A DNA stretch of 64,000 bases, from contig OZ220741.1 of assembly GCA_965116885.1 (NCBI GenBank), forward strand, positions 918,932-982,931, in the 5' to 3' direction. The position numbers and the translations under genes are program-made. The notes below the pieces were generated by a model. That model searched no databases. It saw only the letters and a program-made list of their open reading frames with translations, and was not told where the DNA came from. The stretch is from Candidatus Latescibacterota bacterium (lineage in GTDB: Bacteria; Latescibacterota; UBA2968). Of this stretch, positions 38,886-48,944 are shown in pieces. The first letter of the stretch is position 1; each line of letters begins with the position of its first letter.

Positions 38886-39971
38886 TTATCCACCTCCATC
38901 CACATACCCCCGTGTAATATCAATAATCAACCCAATATCGTACCGCGCATCTTCCACCGGTGTGCGGCACGGCTCGCCATCTGTGATACACGCGTAAAAA
39001 TGCCGAAGCTCTCGTACAAACGGACTCTCCCAATCAATCTCGGGACTGCGCGTACCGTGAGACCCATTGGCGTGAATCTCCAGCACATCGAGCGTTGACA
39101 AAATCCCCCGTGCAAAACCCGTGGGATACGACAGAATAACGCGCTTATCGTCCTTGTGGACCTCAAGCGTCTCCTTAAAATGCCACAAATCGGGCAAATC
39201 GATCCACGTAGCCACGCACCGCGCCCCCGATGCATATTGCAAAATCGTCGTCATCGCCCGGCCCCCCTGCCACACCTCGGTACTCACCACATGCGTCGGA
39301 TTGCCCAGCATCAGACGCAAACCGTACAAATCGTGAATCATACTCCCCGACAGCGTAAAAAACGCCCGCGCAACATCATCCGACACATCGCCCACCGCCT
39401 GCTTCAAAGCCGCCTGCCGCGCTTCGTTTCTCTCAACTGCCGCTTCGGGCGGTAAATCGTCAAAATAGGTCAACTCAAACTGCTTCAAATGCAAATTATT
39501 ATTCGGATGCAAATGATTCACCTGCACAAAACGCACATCGCCCGCATCCCCCACCTCCTCCCGAGCCAACTCATACGCCGGATCATAGACCTTCATATAG
39601 CCCACCTGCCCCACCGTACCCGCCCGCTCCTTCGCAGCACATATCGCATCCACCTCCTCGAGCGAATAGCACATCGGCTTCTCAATAAACACATGCTTAC
39701 CCGCCTCAAAAGCCGCCACCGCCAGCTCCGTCTTCGGATCCGCATGGCATAAAATCACCGCATCCACATCCCCCGCCTGTAACAACTCATGCGGATCCGT
39801 CGTAAAATTCGGCACGCCAAAAACCTCTGCCAGCCACCGCGCCAACCCCGGCGAAATATCGCACACCCACGTCACCTCATAAAGCGCGTGCAAAATCCCC
39901 AAATTTGGCATATGCTGCACCTGTGCAATCGCGCCGCAACCAATAATCCCCATTTTGATCTTCGACATCAC
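38886..39971 (-). CDS. Gfo/Idh/MocA family NAD(P)-dependent oxidoreductase
   Basis: MGIIGCGAIA Rossmann motif and the EKP motif (HVFIEKPM). Confidence 0.8.
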   Translation of the reverse strand: MMSKIKMGIIGCGAIAQVQHMPNLGILHALYEVTWVCDISPGLARWLAEVFGVPNFTTDPHELLQAGDVDAVILCHADPKTELAVAAFEAGKHVFIEKPMCYSLEEVDAICAAKERAGTVGQVGYMKVYDPAYELAREEVGDAGDVRFVQVNHLHPNNNLHLKQFELTYFDDLPPEAAVERNEARQAALKQAVGDVSDDVARAFFTLSGSMIHDLYGLRLMLGNPTHVVSTEVWQGGRAMTTILQYASGARCVATWIDLPDLWHFKETLEVHKDDKRVILSYPTGFARGILSTLDVLEIHANGSHGTRSPEIDWESPFVRELRHFYACITDGEPCRTPVEDARYDIGLIIDITRGYVDGGG

Positions 39972-40567
39972 ACCCTCCTGACCTTTATATTTTCCACCAC
40001 AGCCGCAACCCCCGCAACCACACCAGTCCGAATCGTCTCCAACGCCATACTCGGCTGCGACCTCCCCAGTTCCGCAATAAGCTCCGGCGTAGGCGGCACG
40101 TGAATAAACCCCGCGGGCAGATCATCCTCAGCGACCAGATGCAGCACAGAATACATAATGTGATTGCACAAAAACGTACCCGCCGAATACGTCAACCGCG
40201 CCGGCACCCCGGCATCCTCCATCCGCTGAACCATAGCCCGGGTCGGCAACGTAGAAAAATAGGCATCCGGACCCCCTTCCACAATGGGATAATCGCCCCC
40301 ATCTATCACCTTCAAATTAATCCCAACGCGCTCGACATGGAGCGCAGACGCAGAACCGTGCAACCCCAAACACACCACCGCCACTGGCTCGTATTCTGCG
40401 ATCAGCGGCGCAACCCGATCAATATCCGCCCCGTGAACAACCGGCAACACAGCCGAAACAACCTCGCATCCACCAATCGAAACCCCATCCAAAGACTCAG
40501 CCACAGCGCCCGATGGATTGGACGACCACGCTGCCCAGGGTTCAAAACCCGTCAGTAAAATTTTCAC
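39968..40567 (-). CDS. pcp: pyroglutamyl-peptidase I (peptidase C15)
   Basis: Begins VKILLTGFEPW (GTG start); other motifs are NPSG, TYSAGTFLCNH (catalytic Cys) and a His near the C-terminus. Confidence 0.8.
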   Translation of the reverse strand: MKILLTGFEPWAAWSSNPSGAVAESLDGVSIGGCEVVSAVLPVVHGADIDRVAPLIAEYEPVAVVCLGLHGSASALHVERVGINLKVIDGGDYPIVEGGPDAYFSTLPTRAMVQRMEDAGVPARLTYSAGTFLCNHIMYSVLHLVAEDDLPAGFIHVPPTPELIAELGRSQPSMALETIRTGVVAGVAAVVENIKVRRV

Positions 40568-42624
40568 GCGCCCTCCTCCGCTGTAATACAAGAAACCCGA
40601 TGCCCACCCGCGACCTCGACCCCCGTGCACTGGACAGCTTCGACGGTAACATCCCCTTTATCCCAGACAACAGTACCCGTCCCCATCGCCTCAACATGCA
40701 CCTCACCCTCGGGCACCGTAAGCGTCAGCGGTTCAGGTTCCACCCCGTGAAAAGCAGCCACATAGCGCTCGGTCTGAGAACATGCAAAAAGCCATGCGGG
40801 CTGTCTTCCGCAGATCAACGTAGCGTCTCCAACCGAGATTTCACCCGTACTGCTCTGACGGGCAAACGGCGACTCGAGCGGAGGCCAGCCCAGAACACCC
40901 TCCTGCGTCCAGCGCTTCTGAAGAACCCACGCCAGCAAATCGATCTCAATACCCAGCGTCTCCCCACCCCGGGTATATTCCACGGACCACGGCCGCGTCT
41001 TCCCCGCTTCATAAGTCACAGGAGGCGCAGCATCATCTCTCAGAGCACCGCCGGCAACCGCCCGAACAAAAGACTGCACATCCGCATAATCCGACCGCTC
41101 AGCCATCTCCGCATAAAAACCGCACCGGGGCTTACCCTGATAAAAAGAACCCGGATGTCCCTGCTCCCAGAACGTCTTGGACGGGCCCAGATAATTATAT
41201 AGCTCCAAAAAAAGATGCGTATCGTACGCCACCAGACGCAGAGGTGCATTCCGCCCCAAATCTGTACGCGCAAGCGGGCGAATCGCAGAAAGAACCGGAC
41301 CAATCGCAACACCAACCGTAGCACCATCCGGAACATCGAACGGCAAACTCTCCACCTTCTCATCACCAACCCAAATCTCATCCACCAGCCCGCAATCGTG
41401 CCAGCACACAACGGCTTTGGCACTGCTCCGCGGCGCCATCGCGCCCAGATCCTTCGGCGAATAAAGCACAATCGCCCGGGAACCATCCTGGACATTGTGA
41501 CACTGCCCCTCCTCAAAAAGAATCTGATCATTGGACCGCGCGGGCGTTGACCGAAACGACCCGAGCCAGTGATCATCCAGCACATACCGGGAATAAATAA
41601 CACCCGTCTGATCCGTACCCGTCTTGTGATGCGCGACAAAAACACTCGACTGCCCGGTAATAAAGCGATTCGTCTGACTGCGAAGTTCCTGAGACGAAAC
41701 CCCCAGCGCAAACGAAGGACTGTGATACGTGGAAATCCCCACGCCATTTTCCGAATCAGCCGTCTCCAAAAGAAAAAACGTCTCCGGACGGTAATCGAGC
41801 GCATCGGACAGCCAATCGGGAAGAACACCCGCCTCAATATATTCCCGAAACGCATCGATCTCCGGCGGCATCTGGCAAAAAAGCGCGTGCCGGTACGCCC
41901 GGCTAAAAGGACCTGCCCAGCGACCCGTAGGCCGATGAATATGCAGGGCTGCTGAAAGACCAATACGCGCGCACATCGCCCTGGCACCAATGCGCGTAGG
42001 CTTGTGCTGCACCAGTTCGCCCAGCCTGTGCAACACGCGCATCGCCACATTCGCGTAACCGGGACTATTAAACTCGTACGCACAACCATTTTGAGTCGTA
42101 AAATCCATCCACGCCCGGAACTTCTCATACCCCCGGTTCTCAAACGCCTCATCCCCGAGCAACTCCCCACCCAAACACGTATTGGCAATATCCTTAACCA
42201 CAATATTCGTATAGCGAAAATGAACATCAATCCGCCGAACCTCTTCCAACCCCAGGCGAATACTCTGCCGGACGCGATTCTGCATATCCTCAGAAAGCGC
42301 ATTCCCATAATTAATCATCAGTGGAATAAGCTGAAAAAGACAAAACTGAACCGCATTCAAATCCTCCACCACCTCATCCTCGCGCTCCCACAGAAAATTT
42401 CCCAAATGGGGATCGCCCTCACGCGTCTCCTGACATGCCAGCATCGCATCGAGCACCTTCTCAGCCAAATCGACATCCTCACGCGCACCATTCGCCAGAA
42501 GATCGTTGGCAAACTCAGCCGCCAGACGCGGCGCGTGATACATCTTGCCCTCTTCCCAGCGAGACAGCATAAAAGTCTCAGGATTAAAATTCGGGGGAAT
42601 AGGAAGGGGTTGAGCTTTAGACAT
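40564..42624 (-). CDS. hypothetical 686-aa cytoplasmic protein, possibly polysaccharide-lyase/heparinase II/III-like (alpha/alpha toroid + beta-sandwich)
   Basis: No signal peptide. The start is taken as MSKAQPLPIPP. It is co-linear with pcp and the Gfo/Idh/MocA gene, with 4-nt overlaps. The family assignment is weak. Confidence 0.55.
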   Translation of the reverse strand: MSKAQPLPIPPNFNPETFMLSRWEEGKMYHAPRLAAEFANDLLANGAREDVDLAEKVLDAMLACQETREGDPHLGNFLWEREDEVVEDLNAVQFCLFQLIPLMINYGNALSEDMQNRVRQSIRLGLEEVRRIDVHFRYTNIVVKDIANTCLGGELLGDEAFENRGYEKFRAWMDFTTQNGCAYEFNSPGYANVAMRVLHRLGELVQHKPTRIGARAMCARIGLSAALHIHRPTGRWAGPFSRAYRHALFCQMPPEIDAFREYIEAGVLPDWLSDALDYRPETFFLLETADSENGVGISTYHSPSFALGVSSQELRSQTNRFITGQSSVFVAHHKTGTDQTGVIYSRYVLDDHWLGSFRSTPARSNDQILFEEGQCHNVQDGSRAIVLYSPKDLGAMAPRSSAKAVVCWHDCGLVDEIWVGDEKVESLPFDVPDGATVGVAIGPVLSAIRPLARTDLGRNAPLRLVAYDTHLFLELYNYLGPSKTFWEQGHPGSFYQGKPRCGFYAEMAERSDYADVQSFVRAVAGGALRDDAAPPVTYEAGKTRPWSVEYTRGGETLGIEIDLLAWVLQKRWTQEGVLGWPPLESPFARQSSTGEISVGDATLICGRQPAWLFACSQTERYVAAFHGVEPEPLTLTVPEGEVHVEAMGTGTVVWDKGDVTVEAVQCTGVEVAGGHRVSCITAEEGA

Positions 42625-42641
42625 AATGCACTCCGATAGTA

Positions 42642-42670
42642 TTGACACTTCATTAAAAGATGTGTAAAAT
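42642..42670 (+). promoter_or_regulatory. consensus sigma-70-type promoter TTGACA-17nt-TAAAAT upstream of the GH10 xylanase gene
   Basis: The -35 TTGACA lies at 42642-42647 and the -10 TAAAAT at 42665-42670, with a 17-nt spacer. Confidence 0.5.
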
Positions 42671-42764
42671 GCGATACCCAAAGTAGCCAGAACGCGATGG
42701 ACTGGCAAGACAAACCCATTCGTCTTGCGATGAACATGTATTCATCCTCTACTCATTTGGCATC

Positions 42765-44006
42765 ATGCAAAAACACACAAAAATCCTTTTATGTCTCGCA
42801 CTGGGATTAACACCTATTCTGACCAGTCTTGCCCATGCACAAACCGACCTGGCACGCGCAGACTTTGATGGCAATCGGAAGGTTGATATTCAAGACTTTC
42901 TCGCATTTGTCGCGGCTTTCGGAAAGACTTCATCGGAGGAAGGTTTTGATAGCAGAATGGACTTTAATGGCGACAACGCCGTTAATATCCAGGACTTTCT
43001 CGCATTTGTCGCGGTTTTCGGTCAATCTGTTGAACTGAAGGACCTGGCCGGTTATCCGGTAGGGGTATCTCTCCAGACAAAGTATTTGACCGATGATGCC
43101 CGGGTATCACTCATCAAAAAAACATTCAGCAGCATAACCGGCGGATGGGAGATGAAGCCGATCTCAACGGGACCTGGCGCCTATGACTGGCGCAGAGCAG
43201 ACGCGCTCGTAGATTTTGCGGAAGCCAACAACATGCAGGTCCATGGGCATACGTTGCTGTGGCACAATACCGTACCTACCTGGATGGAGAACTTCTCGGG
43301 AGACGATGCGGCCTTTGAAGCGGCCATAAAGGAATACATCACAACAGTGGTGCAGCGGTATCGCGGGCGGGTCGTTAGCTGGGACGTGGTCAACGAAGGC
43401 ATTGACGGTAGAGGAAAGGTGCGCGACAACTTATTCAGCCAGCGCATGGGGAATGACTATATCGCCCGCATGTTTCAGTATGCCCGTGAAGCAGACCCCG
43501 ATGTATTGCTATTTTACAACGATTACGGCACATCGCAGCCCTGGGCCCGCGCCAAACGCGCTGGCATGCTAAACATGCTGGACGATTTCCAGACACGCGG
43601 TATTCCCATAGACGGAGTCGGTTTGCAAATGCATATTTCCTACAACTCTCCAGACATCTCGACAATACGAGAAACCATTGACGAGATCATACGACGGGGA
43701 CTCAAACTACACATCTCCGAACTGGACATCCGCATCAACCCCGATGGCGACCTGTCCGAACCGACTCAAGAGCGGCTCGAATTGCAAAAAAAGCGCGTCA
43801 TAGAAATCGTGACAGCTTTCCACCAGGTACCGGAAGCACAGCGGTTTGGCATCACGATATGGGGAATAGCGGACCCGGACACCTGGCTCATACAGGCTGG
43901 CCGAAGTCAGGGCCGTCCCGAATGGCCGCTCTTATTCGATGATCACCTGCAGCCCAAACCGGCTTACGATGGATTTGTCGAAGCACTTCAGAACAAAGGA
44001 TTTTAG
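42765..44006 (+). CDS. glycoside hydrolase family 10 endo-1,4-beta-xylanase with N-terminal dockerin-like repeat pair
   Basis: A signal peptide, an N-terminal ADFDGNRKVDIQDFLAFVAAFG...MDFNGDNAVNIQDFLAFVAVFG, and the GH10 catalytic motifs WDVVNEG (acid/base) and HISELDIR (nucleophile). Confidence 0.85.
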   Translation: MQKHTKILLCLALGLTPILTSLAHAQTDLARADFDGNRKVDIQDFLAFVAAFGKTSSEEGFDSRMDFNGDNAVNIQDFLAFVAVFGQSVELKDLAGYPVGVSLQTKYLTDDARVSLIKKTFSSITGGWEMKPISTGPGAYDWRRADALVDFAEANNMQVHGHTLLWHNTVPTWMENFSGDDAAFEAAIKEYITTVVQRYRGRVVSWDVVNEGIDGRGKVRDNLFSQRMGNDYIARMFQYAREADPDVLLFYNDYGTSQPWARAKRAGMLNMLDDFQTRGIPIDGVGLQMHISYNSPDISTIRETIDEIIRRGLKLHISELDIRINPDGDLSEPTQERLELQKKRVIEIVTAFHQVPEAQRFGITIWGIADPDTWLIQAGRSQGRPEWPLLFDDHLQPKPAYDGFVEALQNKGF

Positions 44007-44133
44007 CCATAAATATCAGAGTTTTGGAAAAAAAATTGGCGATCCTGCATTCAATGCGACAGCCGATTTAGACAGCAGCGGTACGATCGACATTCAAGAC
44101 TTTCTGATTTTTGTTCAGGCTTTTGGCAATTGA
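43939..44133 (+). pseudogene. out-of-frame dockerin-like half-repeat (DLDSSGTIDIQDFLIFVQAFGN) directly 3' of the xylanase; possible frameshifted C-terminal module
   Basis: A different reading frame overlapping the last ~20 codons of the xylanase encodes ...GDPAFNATADLDSSGTIDIQDFLIFVQAFGN*, which matches the dockerin-like motif family. Confidence 0.35.
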
Positions 44134-44254
44134 CAACCCCTGAAATTCACACTTCACGCCCCTCTTTTTCATCTGTGGTCATCTGCGCCATCTGCGAAAA
44201 ACGCTCAAATTATTCGCGTTTTTTTCTACGGATCACACTTCACAGGAGCCTCTC

Positions 44255-45097
44255 ATGGCAACCGCCGAAACACCCATCGCGATGCATGAACCATCCCTCT
44301 ACGAAACAACCAGACGGGCAGACTATCTCGACACCCTCGCCGACATTGACGACCGTCAAATCGCCCAATTTCACGAACAGGGATACCTCGCCATTCAACG
44401 GGCATTCACGCCGCAACAAATCGAATCCGCGGGCCAGGCCATGTGGGATCTCATCGACGGCAAAAGCCAGGACTTCAAAGGCGTAATGGCCGAAGCCGCC
44501 AAACGCGGGCAATTTTCCGAACTCACAGGCAAAGCGCGCCGCGACAGCGTGCGTAAAATCTGGAAATTCGTCGATTATGACACCCGGCTCAACGACCTCG
44601 CCCACGACCCCAACATCCTCTCCGTACTCTCCCGCATGATGGACGACACACCCGTACTCTTTCAGGACATGGGACTGATCAAACCCCCGCACATCGGCCG
44701 CGAAAAACCCTGGCATCAGGACTGCGCGTACTTCAACTATCCCGTCGGCACCACCGTCGTCGGCGTATGGATCGCCATCGATGCCGCTACAGAAGAAAAC
44801 GGATGCTTGCACATCATCCCCGGCTCACACCGCGAAGGACCCATCCCGCACTTCAGGCGACGCGACTGGCAAATATGCGACACCGACGTCGCCGTCCCCA
44901 GAAACGTCACCGTCCCCCTCAACCCCGGCGGATGCCTCTTCTGGCACGGCATGACCCATCACGGCAGCCCAACCAACCAATCCGCCCACCGCCGCAGGGC
45001 ACTGCAATACCACTACCGCCCCGAAAGCACCGTGGAAATGACGGCAAAAGAACGCCTCGCCATCTACGGCGGCGACGAACTCGGCGTAACGTACTGA
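44255..45097 (+). CDS. phytanoyl-CoA dioxygenase (PhyH) family Fe(II)/2OG oxygenase, canonical HxD
   Basis: PWHQDCAYF, VWIAIDAATEENGCLHIIPGSHRE and LFWHGMTHHGSPN. Confidence 0.75.
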   Translation: MATAETPIAMHEPSLYETTRRADYLDTLADIDDRQIAQFHEQGYLAIQRAFTPQQIESAGQAMWDLIDGKSQDFKGVMAEAAKRGQFSELTGKARRDSVRKIWKFVDYDTRLNDLAHDPNILSVLSRMMDDTPVLFQDMGLIKPPHIGREKPWHQDCAYFNYPVGTTVVGVWIAIDAATEENGCLHIIPGSHREGPIPHFRRRDWQICDTDVAVPRNVTVPLNPGGCLFWHGMTHHGSPTNQSAHRRRALQYHYRPESTVEMTAKERLAIYGGDELGVTY

Positions 45098-45106
45098 ATC
45101 ACTTAT

Positions 45107-45964
45107 TTACAGCTCACTCTTATCTTTCACCTGCGGCTCTCTCGGGAGCGGCACTTGCGGTTGCACAATGCGGCGGCGTTGGGGGGTGAGGCGTGCCAGC
45201 AACTCTGGCGACGGCTGGTACCCGTGCCGAAAATTCCCCCACGAAGGCCCGTAGCGATACACCGCGATACGCCGCGTCCCCGCATTCATCCGCTTTGCCG
45301 ACCCGTGTGAAAGTCCATCCACAAAAACCAGCGCATCGCCCGCCTTCATAAACACCTCAATCGCGCCCACCGTCCCATCCACAGACCTGTCCTCTCCCAT
45401 CCTCTGCTCATCGTAAAACGGATGTCTGAAATTCGCCTTGTGGCTCCCCGGAATCAACATCGTCCCCCCATCGCCCGGACCGATATCCGTCAGCGCCATC
45501 AGCACATTCACCTGCCCGCACATAAACCGCCCCCCGTGATACCGGAACTGATTCCTCATAATCGGCGGAAACCCGCCCGAATGCAACCCAATCGCCTCCC
45601 CCGGCTCGCGAAAATTGGCCAAACACTCATCGATAAACATCGGACCGTGATGGTGATCAAACGTCCCCTCCGCCCCGATAAAAAGCTTCACATGCTCAAA
45701 CCACGACGGATGATCAATCAGCTTCTCAAACGGCTCGCCCGCCTCGTAAATCTGTTGATAATTGATCCCCGACGTCACATCGCCATACGCATGACCCTGA
45801 ACATACCCATACCACTCCCCCGGCTTCAGCGCGGGAATCTCATCCAAACAACCGTTCAACGCCTGAACCTCATCCGTCGTCAGCGCCCCCTCCATAAGCA
45901 GGTACCCGCGCAGGTCAAACAAATAAACATCGAGATCTGGAACCATCGTCACGCTCCTTGTCAA
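45107..45964 (-). CDS. PhyH-family protein, non-canonical (no HxD/E)
   Basis: PGSHK and HGS motifs are present, but the motif-1 region reads GLHSGGFPP...RYHGGRF. Confidence 0.7.
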   Translation of the reverse strand: MTRSVTMVPDLDVYLFDLRGYLLMEGALTTDEVQALNGCLDEIPALKPGEWYGYVQGHAYGDVTSGINYQQIYEAGEPFEKLIDHPSWFEHVKLFIGAEGTFDHHHGPMFIDECLANFREPGEAIGLHSGGFPPIMRNQFRYHGGRFMCGQVNVLMALTDIGPGDGGTMLIPGSHKANFRHPFYDEQRMGEDRSVDGTVGAIEVFMKAGDALVFVDGLSHGSAKRMNAGTRRIAVYRYGPSWGNFRHGYQPSPELLARLTPQRRRIVQPQVPLPREPQVKDKSEL

Positions 45965-46030
45965 TATTAGCTATGCATATCGCAAGTTATGATAAACTGT
46001 TATAGGCTTAAAAGCCATAGCATTTTTGGC

Positions 46031-46170
46031 GGGCGACCACAGGGGGTCGCCCCTACAATCTGGATCGCGGCTAACACATTGCCGCGATGACGGGCGGGCA
46101 CGGGGGCACCGCCCCTACAACAACGGGTGGACAGGGCATACGTACGGGCGAGGCATGCCTCGCCCCTACC
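46031..46170. repeat. REP-like hairpin repeat cluster: gggcgaccacagggggtcgcccctaca 46031-46057, gggcgggcacgggggcaccgcccctaca 46092-46119, gggcgaggcatgcctcgcccctacc 46146-46170, plus intervening hairpin atcgcggc...gccgcgat
   Basis: Read directly from the sequence. Confidence 0.85.
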
Positions 46171-46246
46171 AACGTAATATTCTTTCTTGCTTCATTCTCA
46201 TTCAAACCATATAATTTGGAAACACAGTAAAAATGGACATACAACT

Positions 46247-47098
46247 ATGGAACAACAAAACCCCAAAAACATGCGTGAACGCACGCCTGAAACCGTTCGC
46301 GGTGAAGAAACCGAGGAAGAGCAGATCATCGAGGAAGAAACCCTTGAAGAATCGCAACCCCTGCTCGAAGAACGGCTCACCCTGCGGAAACCGCTCGGCC
46401 TATTATTTGACCTGGGCGACACCCTCTTGACATACCTCAAATTCGACCCAGAAGCCGGGCACGCGGCCACACTAAACATCGCCGACAACCCATTGGGCTA
46501 CACAGTCGAAGACATTGACAACCACATAAAAAGACTCAACCGCGACCTCATACCCCGCAGGGAAAAAGCACAGGTAGAATTTCATCCCCACATCATCCAG
46601 CGCCACGTCTATGAAGCCCTGCACATCACCTTTGACCGCACCCCTGAAGAAGTCGAACGCGTATTCTGGCGTGCGGCGACATCGTGGCAGCCCGAACCGG
46701 GCATAGAATACGTCCTCGAAATATTGCGAAACAAAAACATCCCAATGGGCATCGTCAGCAACGCCGCATTTTGCGGCAACACATTGATATGGGAAATCGA
46801 ACAACAGGGCCTCGCGGACTACTTTCGCTTCCTCATGTCCAGCGCCGACTACTGGGTACGCAAACCCCATCCCCTCCTGTTGGAAACCGCCGCCGCCAAA
46901 CTCGGATACAAACCCGCCGACTTATGGTATGTGGGCAACTCGCCTCAATACGATATCGCAGCCGCGCACAACGCCGGCATGGGCGCCGTATGGTACAACC
47001 GTCTGGACGACCCCCTCGACGGACCCGACCCCCATGTCGAAATCAAAAGTTGGCGCGAATTTTTAGAATTAGTTGAAGGCTTTTATTTAAAAATATAA
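46247..47098 (+). CDS. HAD-superfamily hydrolase with acidic N-terminal extension
   Basis: Motif I LLFDLGDTLL (DxDxT-like), motif III K, and motif IV in VGNSPQYDIAAAHNAG. The N-terminal ~50 aa are rich in E. Confidence 0.7.
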   Translation: MEQQNPKNMRERTPETVRGEETEEEQIIEEETLEESQPLLEERLTLRKPLGLLFDLGDTLLTYLKFDPEAGHAATLNIADNPLGYTVEDIDNHIKRLNRDLIPRREKAQVEFHPHIIQRHVYEALHITFDRTPEEVERVFWRAATSWQPEPGIEYVLEILRNKNIPMGIVSNAAFCGNTLIWEIEQQGLADYFRFLMSSADYWVRKPHPLLLETAAAKLGYKPADLWYVGNSPQYDIAAAHNAGMGAVWYNRLDDPLDGPDPHVEIKSWREFLELVEGFYLKI

Positions 47099-47112
47099 AG
47101 GAGAGAAACACG

Positions 47113-48348
47113 ATGTCCGATTTTTCAATCGCAGAAGCTGTACACAACGCATTTCAAAACCACGCCATCGTCGATATACACACCCACCTCTATCCCGCCT
47201 CCATGGGCGAACTCTACCTGGCCGGACCCGACGAACTCCTCACCTATCACTATCTCAAAGCCGAATGCTCGCGCATGTTGCCCGAAGGCGTTGCGGTTGA
47301 CACCTTTAACAACATGCCCACCACAGAACAGGCCGACATCATCTGGCAACAACTCTTCGTCGGCAACAGCTCCCCAATATCCGAAGCGCAACTCGGCGTC
47401 GTCACCGTCATGAACCGCCTGGGACTAAACCCGCGCGCAGAAAACCTGTCCGAATTTCGCGCCTTCCACAACTCTAAAACACCCGAAGAATACACCGACA
47501 TGGTCTTCGAAAGCGCTGGCGTCGCCAGTGTCTATATGACCAACGACCCCCTCGACGACACCGAAGGTCCCATGTGGCAACAGGGCATCGACATCGACCC
47601 GCGCTTCAGAGCAGTCCTGCGCCTCGACAGCGCGCTCATGAACTGGCCCGCCCCCGCCGACAAACTCCGCGCCCTAAGATACGATGTAGAAGAAAGCCTA
47701 TCCGACAAAACCTTTGCGGAACTGCGGCGCTACCTCACCGACTGGGCCCAAAAAATGGACGCTCGATACATGGCCATATCGCTCCCCCCGGACTTTGCCT
47801 ACCCCTCTGAAGACAGCATCTCACAAATGATGGGCAACGTCGTATATCCCACAGCCCGGGAACTCCAGATCCCCTCGGCAATGATGATCGGCGTCACCCG
47901 GCAAGTCAACCCCATCCTCAAAGACGGCGGCGACAGCCTGGGCAAATGGGACATCGCCAACCTCGAACGCATCGCACGCGACTGGCCCGACGTCAACTTC
48001 CTCATCACCCTCCTCTCGCGCGAAAACCAGCACGAACTCTGCGTCACGGGCCGCAAATTCCCCAACGTACACCCCTTTGGCTGCTGGTGGTTCTTGAACA
48101 ACCCCAGCATCATCCGGGAAATAACAGCCGAACGCCTCGAACTCCTCGGCACCAGCTTTGTACCCCAGCACTCCGACGCCCGCATCCTGGACCAGCTCCT
48201 CTACAAATGGACCCACTCCATCGGCGTCATCGCCCCCGTGTTCATCGACAAATACGAATCGCTTCGCGCTGCGGGCTGGCCCCTCACTCCGGCAGACATC
48301 CAGCGCGACATCGCCACCATGTTTGGCGGCGGCAAATTACTGGACTAA
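47113..48348 (+). CDS. uronate (glucuronate) isomerase UxaC-like amidohydrolase-fold protein
   Basis: The N-terminus IVDIHTHLYP...TYHYLKAE parallels UxaC IFDYHCHLPP...GDHYKWRAM, and the C-terminal PFGCWWFLNN parallels UxaC GSGWWFND. Confidence 0.5.
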   Translation: MSDFSIAEAVHNAFQNHAIVDIHTHLYPASMGELYLAGPDELLTYHYLKAECSRMLPEGVAVDTFNNMPTTEQADIIWQQLFVGNSSPISEAQLGVVTVMNRLGLNPRAENLSEFRAFHNSKTPEEYTDMVFESAGVASVYMTNDPLDDTEGPMWQQGIDIDPRFRAVLRLDSALMNWPAPADKLRALRYDVEESLSDKTFAELRRYLTDWAQKMDARYMAISLPPDFAYPSEDSISQMMGNVVYPTARELQIPSAMMIGVTRQVNPILKDGGDSLGKWDIANLERIARDWPDVNFLITLLSRENQHELCVTGRKFPNVHPFGCWWFLNNPSIIREITAERLELLGTSFVPQHSDARILDQLLYKWTHSIGVIAPVFIDKYESLRAAGWPLTPADIQRDIATMFGGGKLLD

Positions 48349-48367
48349 TGGCAACTGGATCGCGGAC

Positions 48368-48394
48368 GGGACGGCACAGGGGCCGTCCCCTACA
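48368..48394. repeat. REP-like hairpin repeat gggacggcacaggggccgtcccctaca
   Basis: Read directly from the sequence. Confidence 0.85.
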
Positions 48395-48412
48395 ACATGG
48401 CAGGATTTATTG

Positions 48413-48940
48413 ATGCATAAGATGACAACTAAAACCTTCTGGATTGCGGTCGCCCTCCTCCTCTTCTCCGGATCGGGGTTGTGTGCGCCGTATAAAATCT
48501 ATATCTTTATGGGAGAAACCTGTCCGGTCTCGCGGCATTACACCTTGACACTCAAAGAACTGCACGCAGAATACGCATCTGAAAAACTCGAATTCATCGG
48601 CGTATTCCCCAATCGACTCTCCACCCCAGCCACGATTGCCGCGTTCAAAAAAAAATACGCCTTGCCATTCACCTGCATCGGGGATTCCATCCACACATGG
48701 GTGAACCGACTGGGCGCAACGATCACGCCAGAAGTCGTCGTTGCCGACACATCGAACACCGCCATCTATCGGGGTCGCATTGACAACACCTTTGCGGATT
48801 TGGGCAAAAGACGCCGCATCGTCACCGCCCACGACCTCACAGATGTACTGAAAGCCCTCAAGAACGAAAAACCCCCGGTATTTCGCCAGACCCAGGCCAT
48901 TGGCTGCATCATAACCTCATGGCAAAACACAAAGGAATAA
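48413..48940 (+). CDS. secreted thioredoxin-fold (redoxin-like) protein
   Basis: Signal peptide MHKMTTKTFWIAVALLLFSGSGLCA, then IYIFMGETCPVSRHY, a single-Cys redoxin-like motif. The track ORF start at 48158 is an upstream extension across a REP. Confidence 0.45.
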   Translation: MHKMTTKTFWIAVALLLFSGSGLCAPYKIYIFMGETCPVSRHYTLTLKELHAEYASEKLEFIGVFPNRLSTPATIAAFKKKYALPFTCIGDSIHTWVNRLGATITPEVVVADTSNTAIYRGRIDNTFADLGKRRRIVTAHDLTDVLKALKNEKPPVFRQTQAIGCIITSWQNTKE

Positions 48941-48944
48941 AGCC

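Noticed and set aside
41040-42308. 422-aa Arg-rich minus-strand ORF
   Set aside because: It overlaps the 686-aa hypothetical gene in another frame and is extreme R/W/C-rich shadow sequence.
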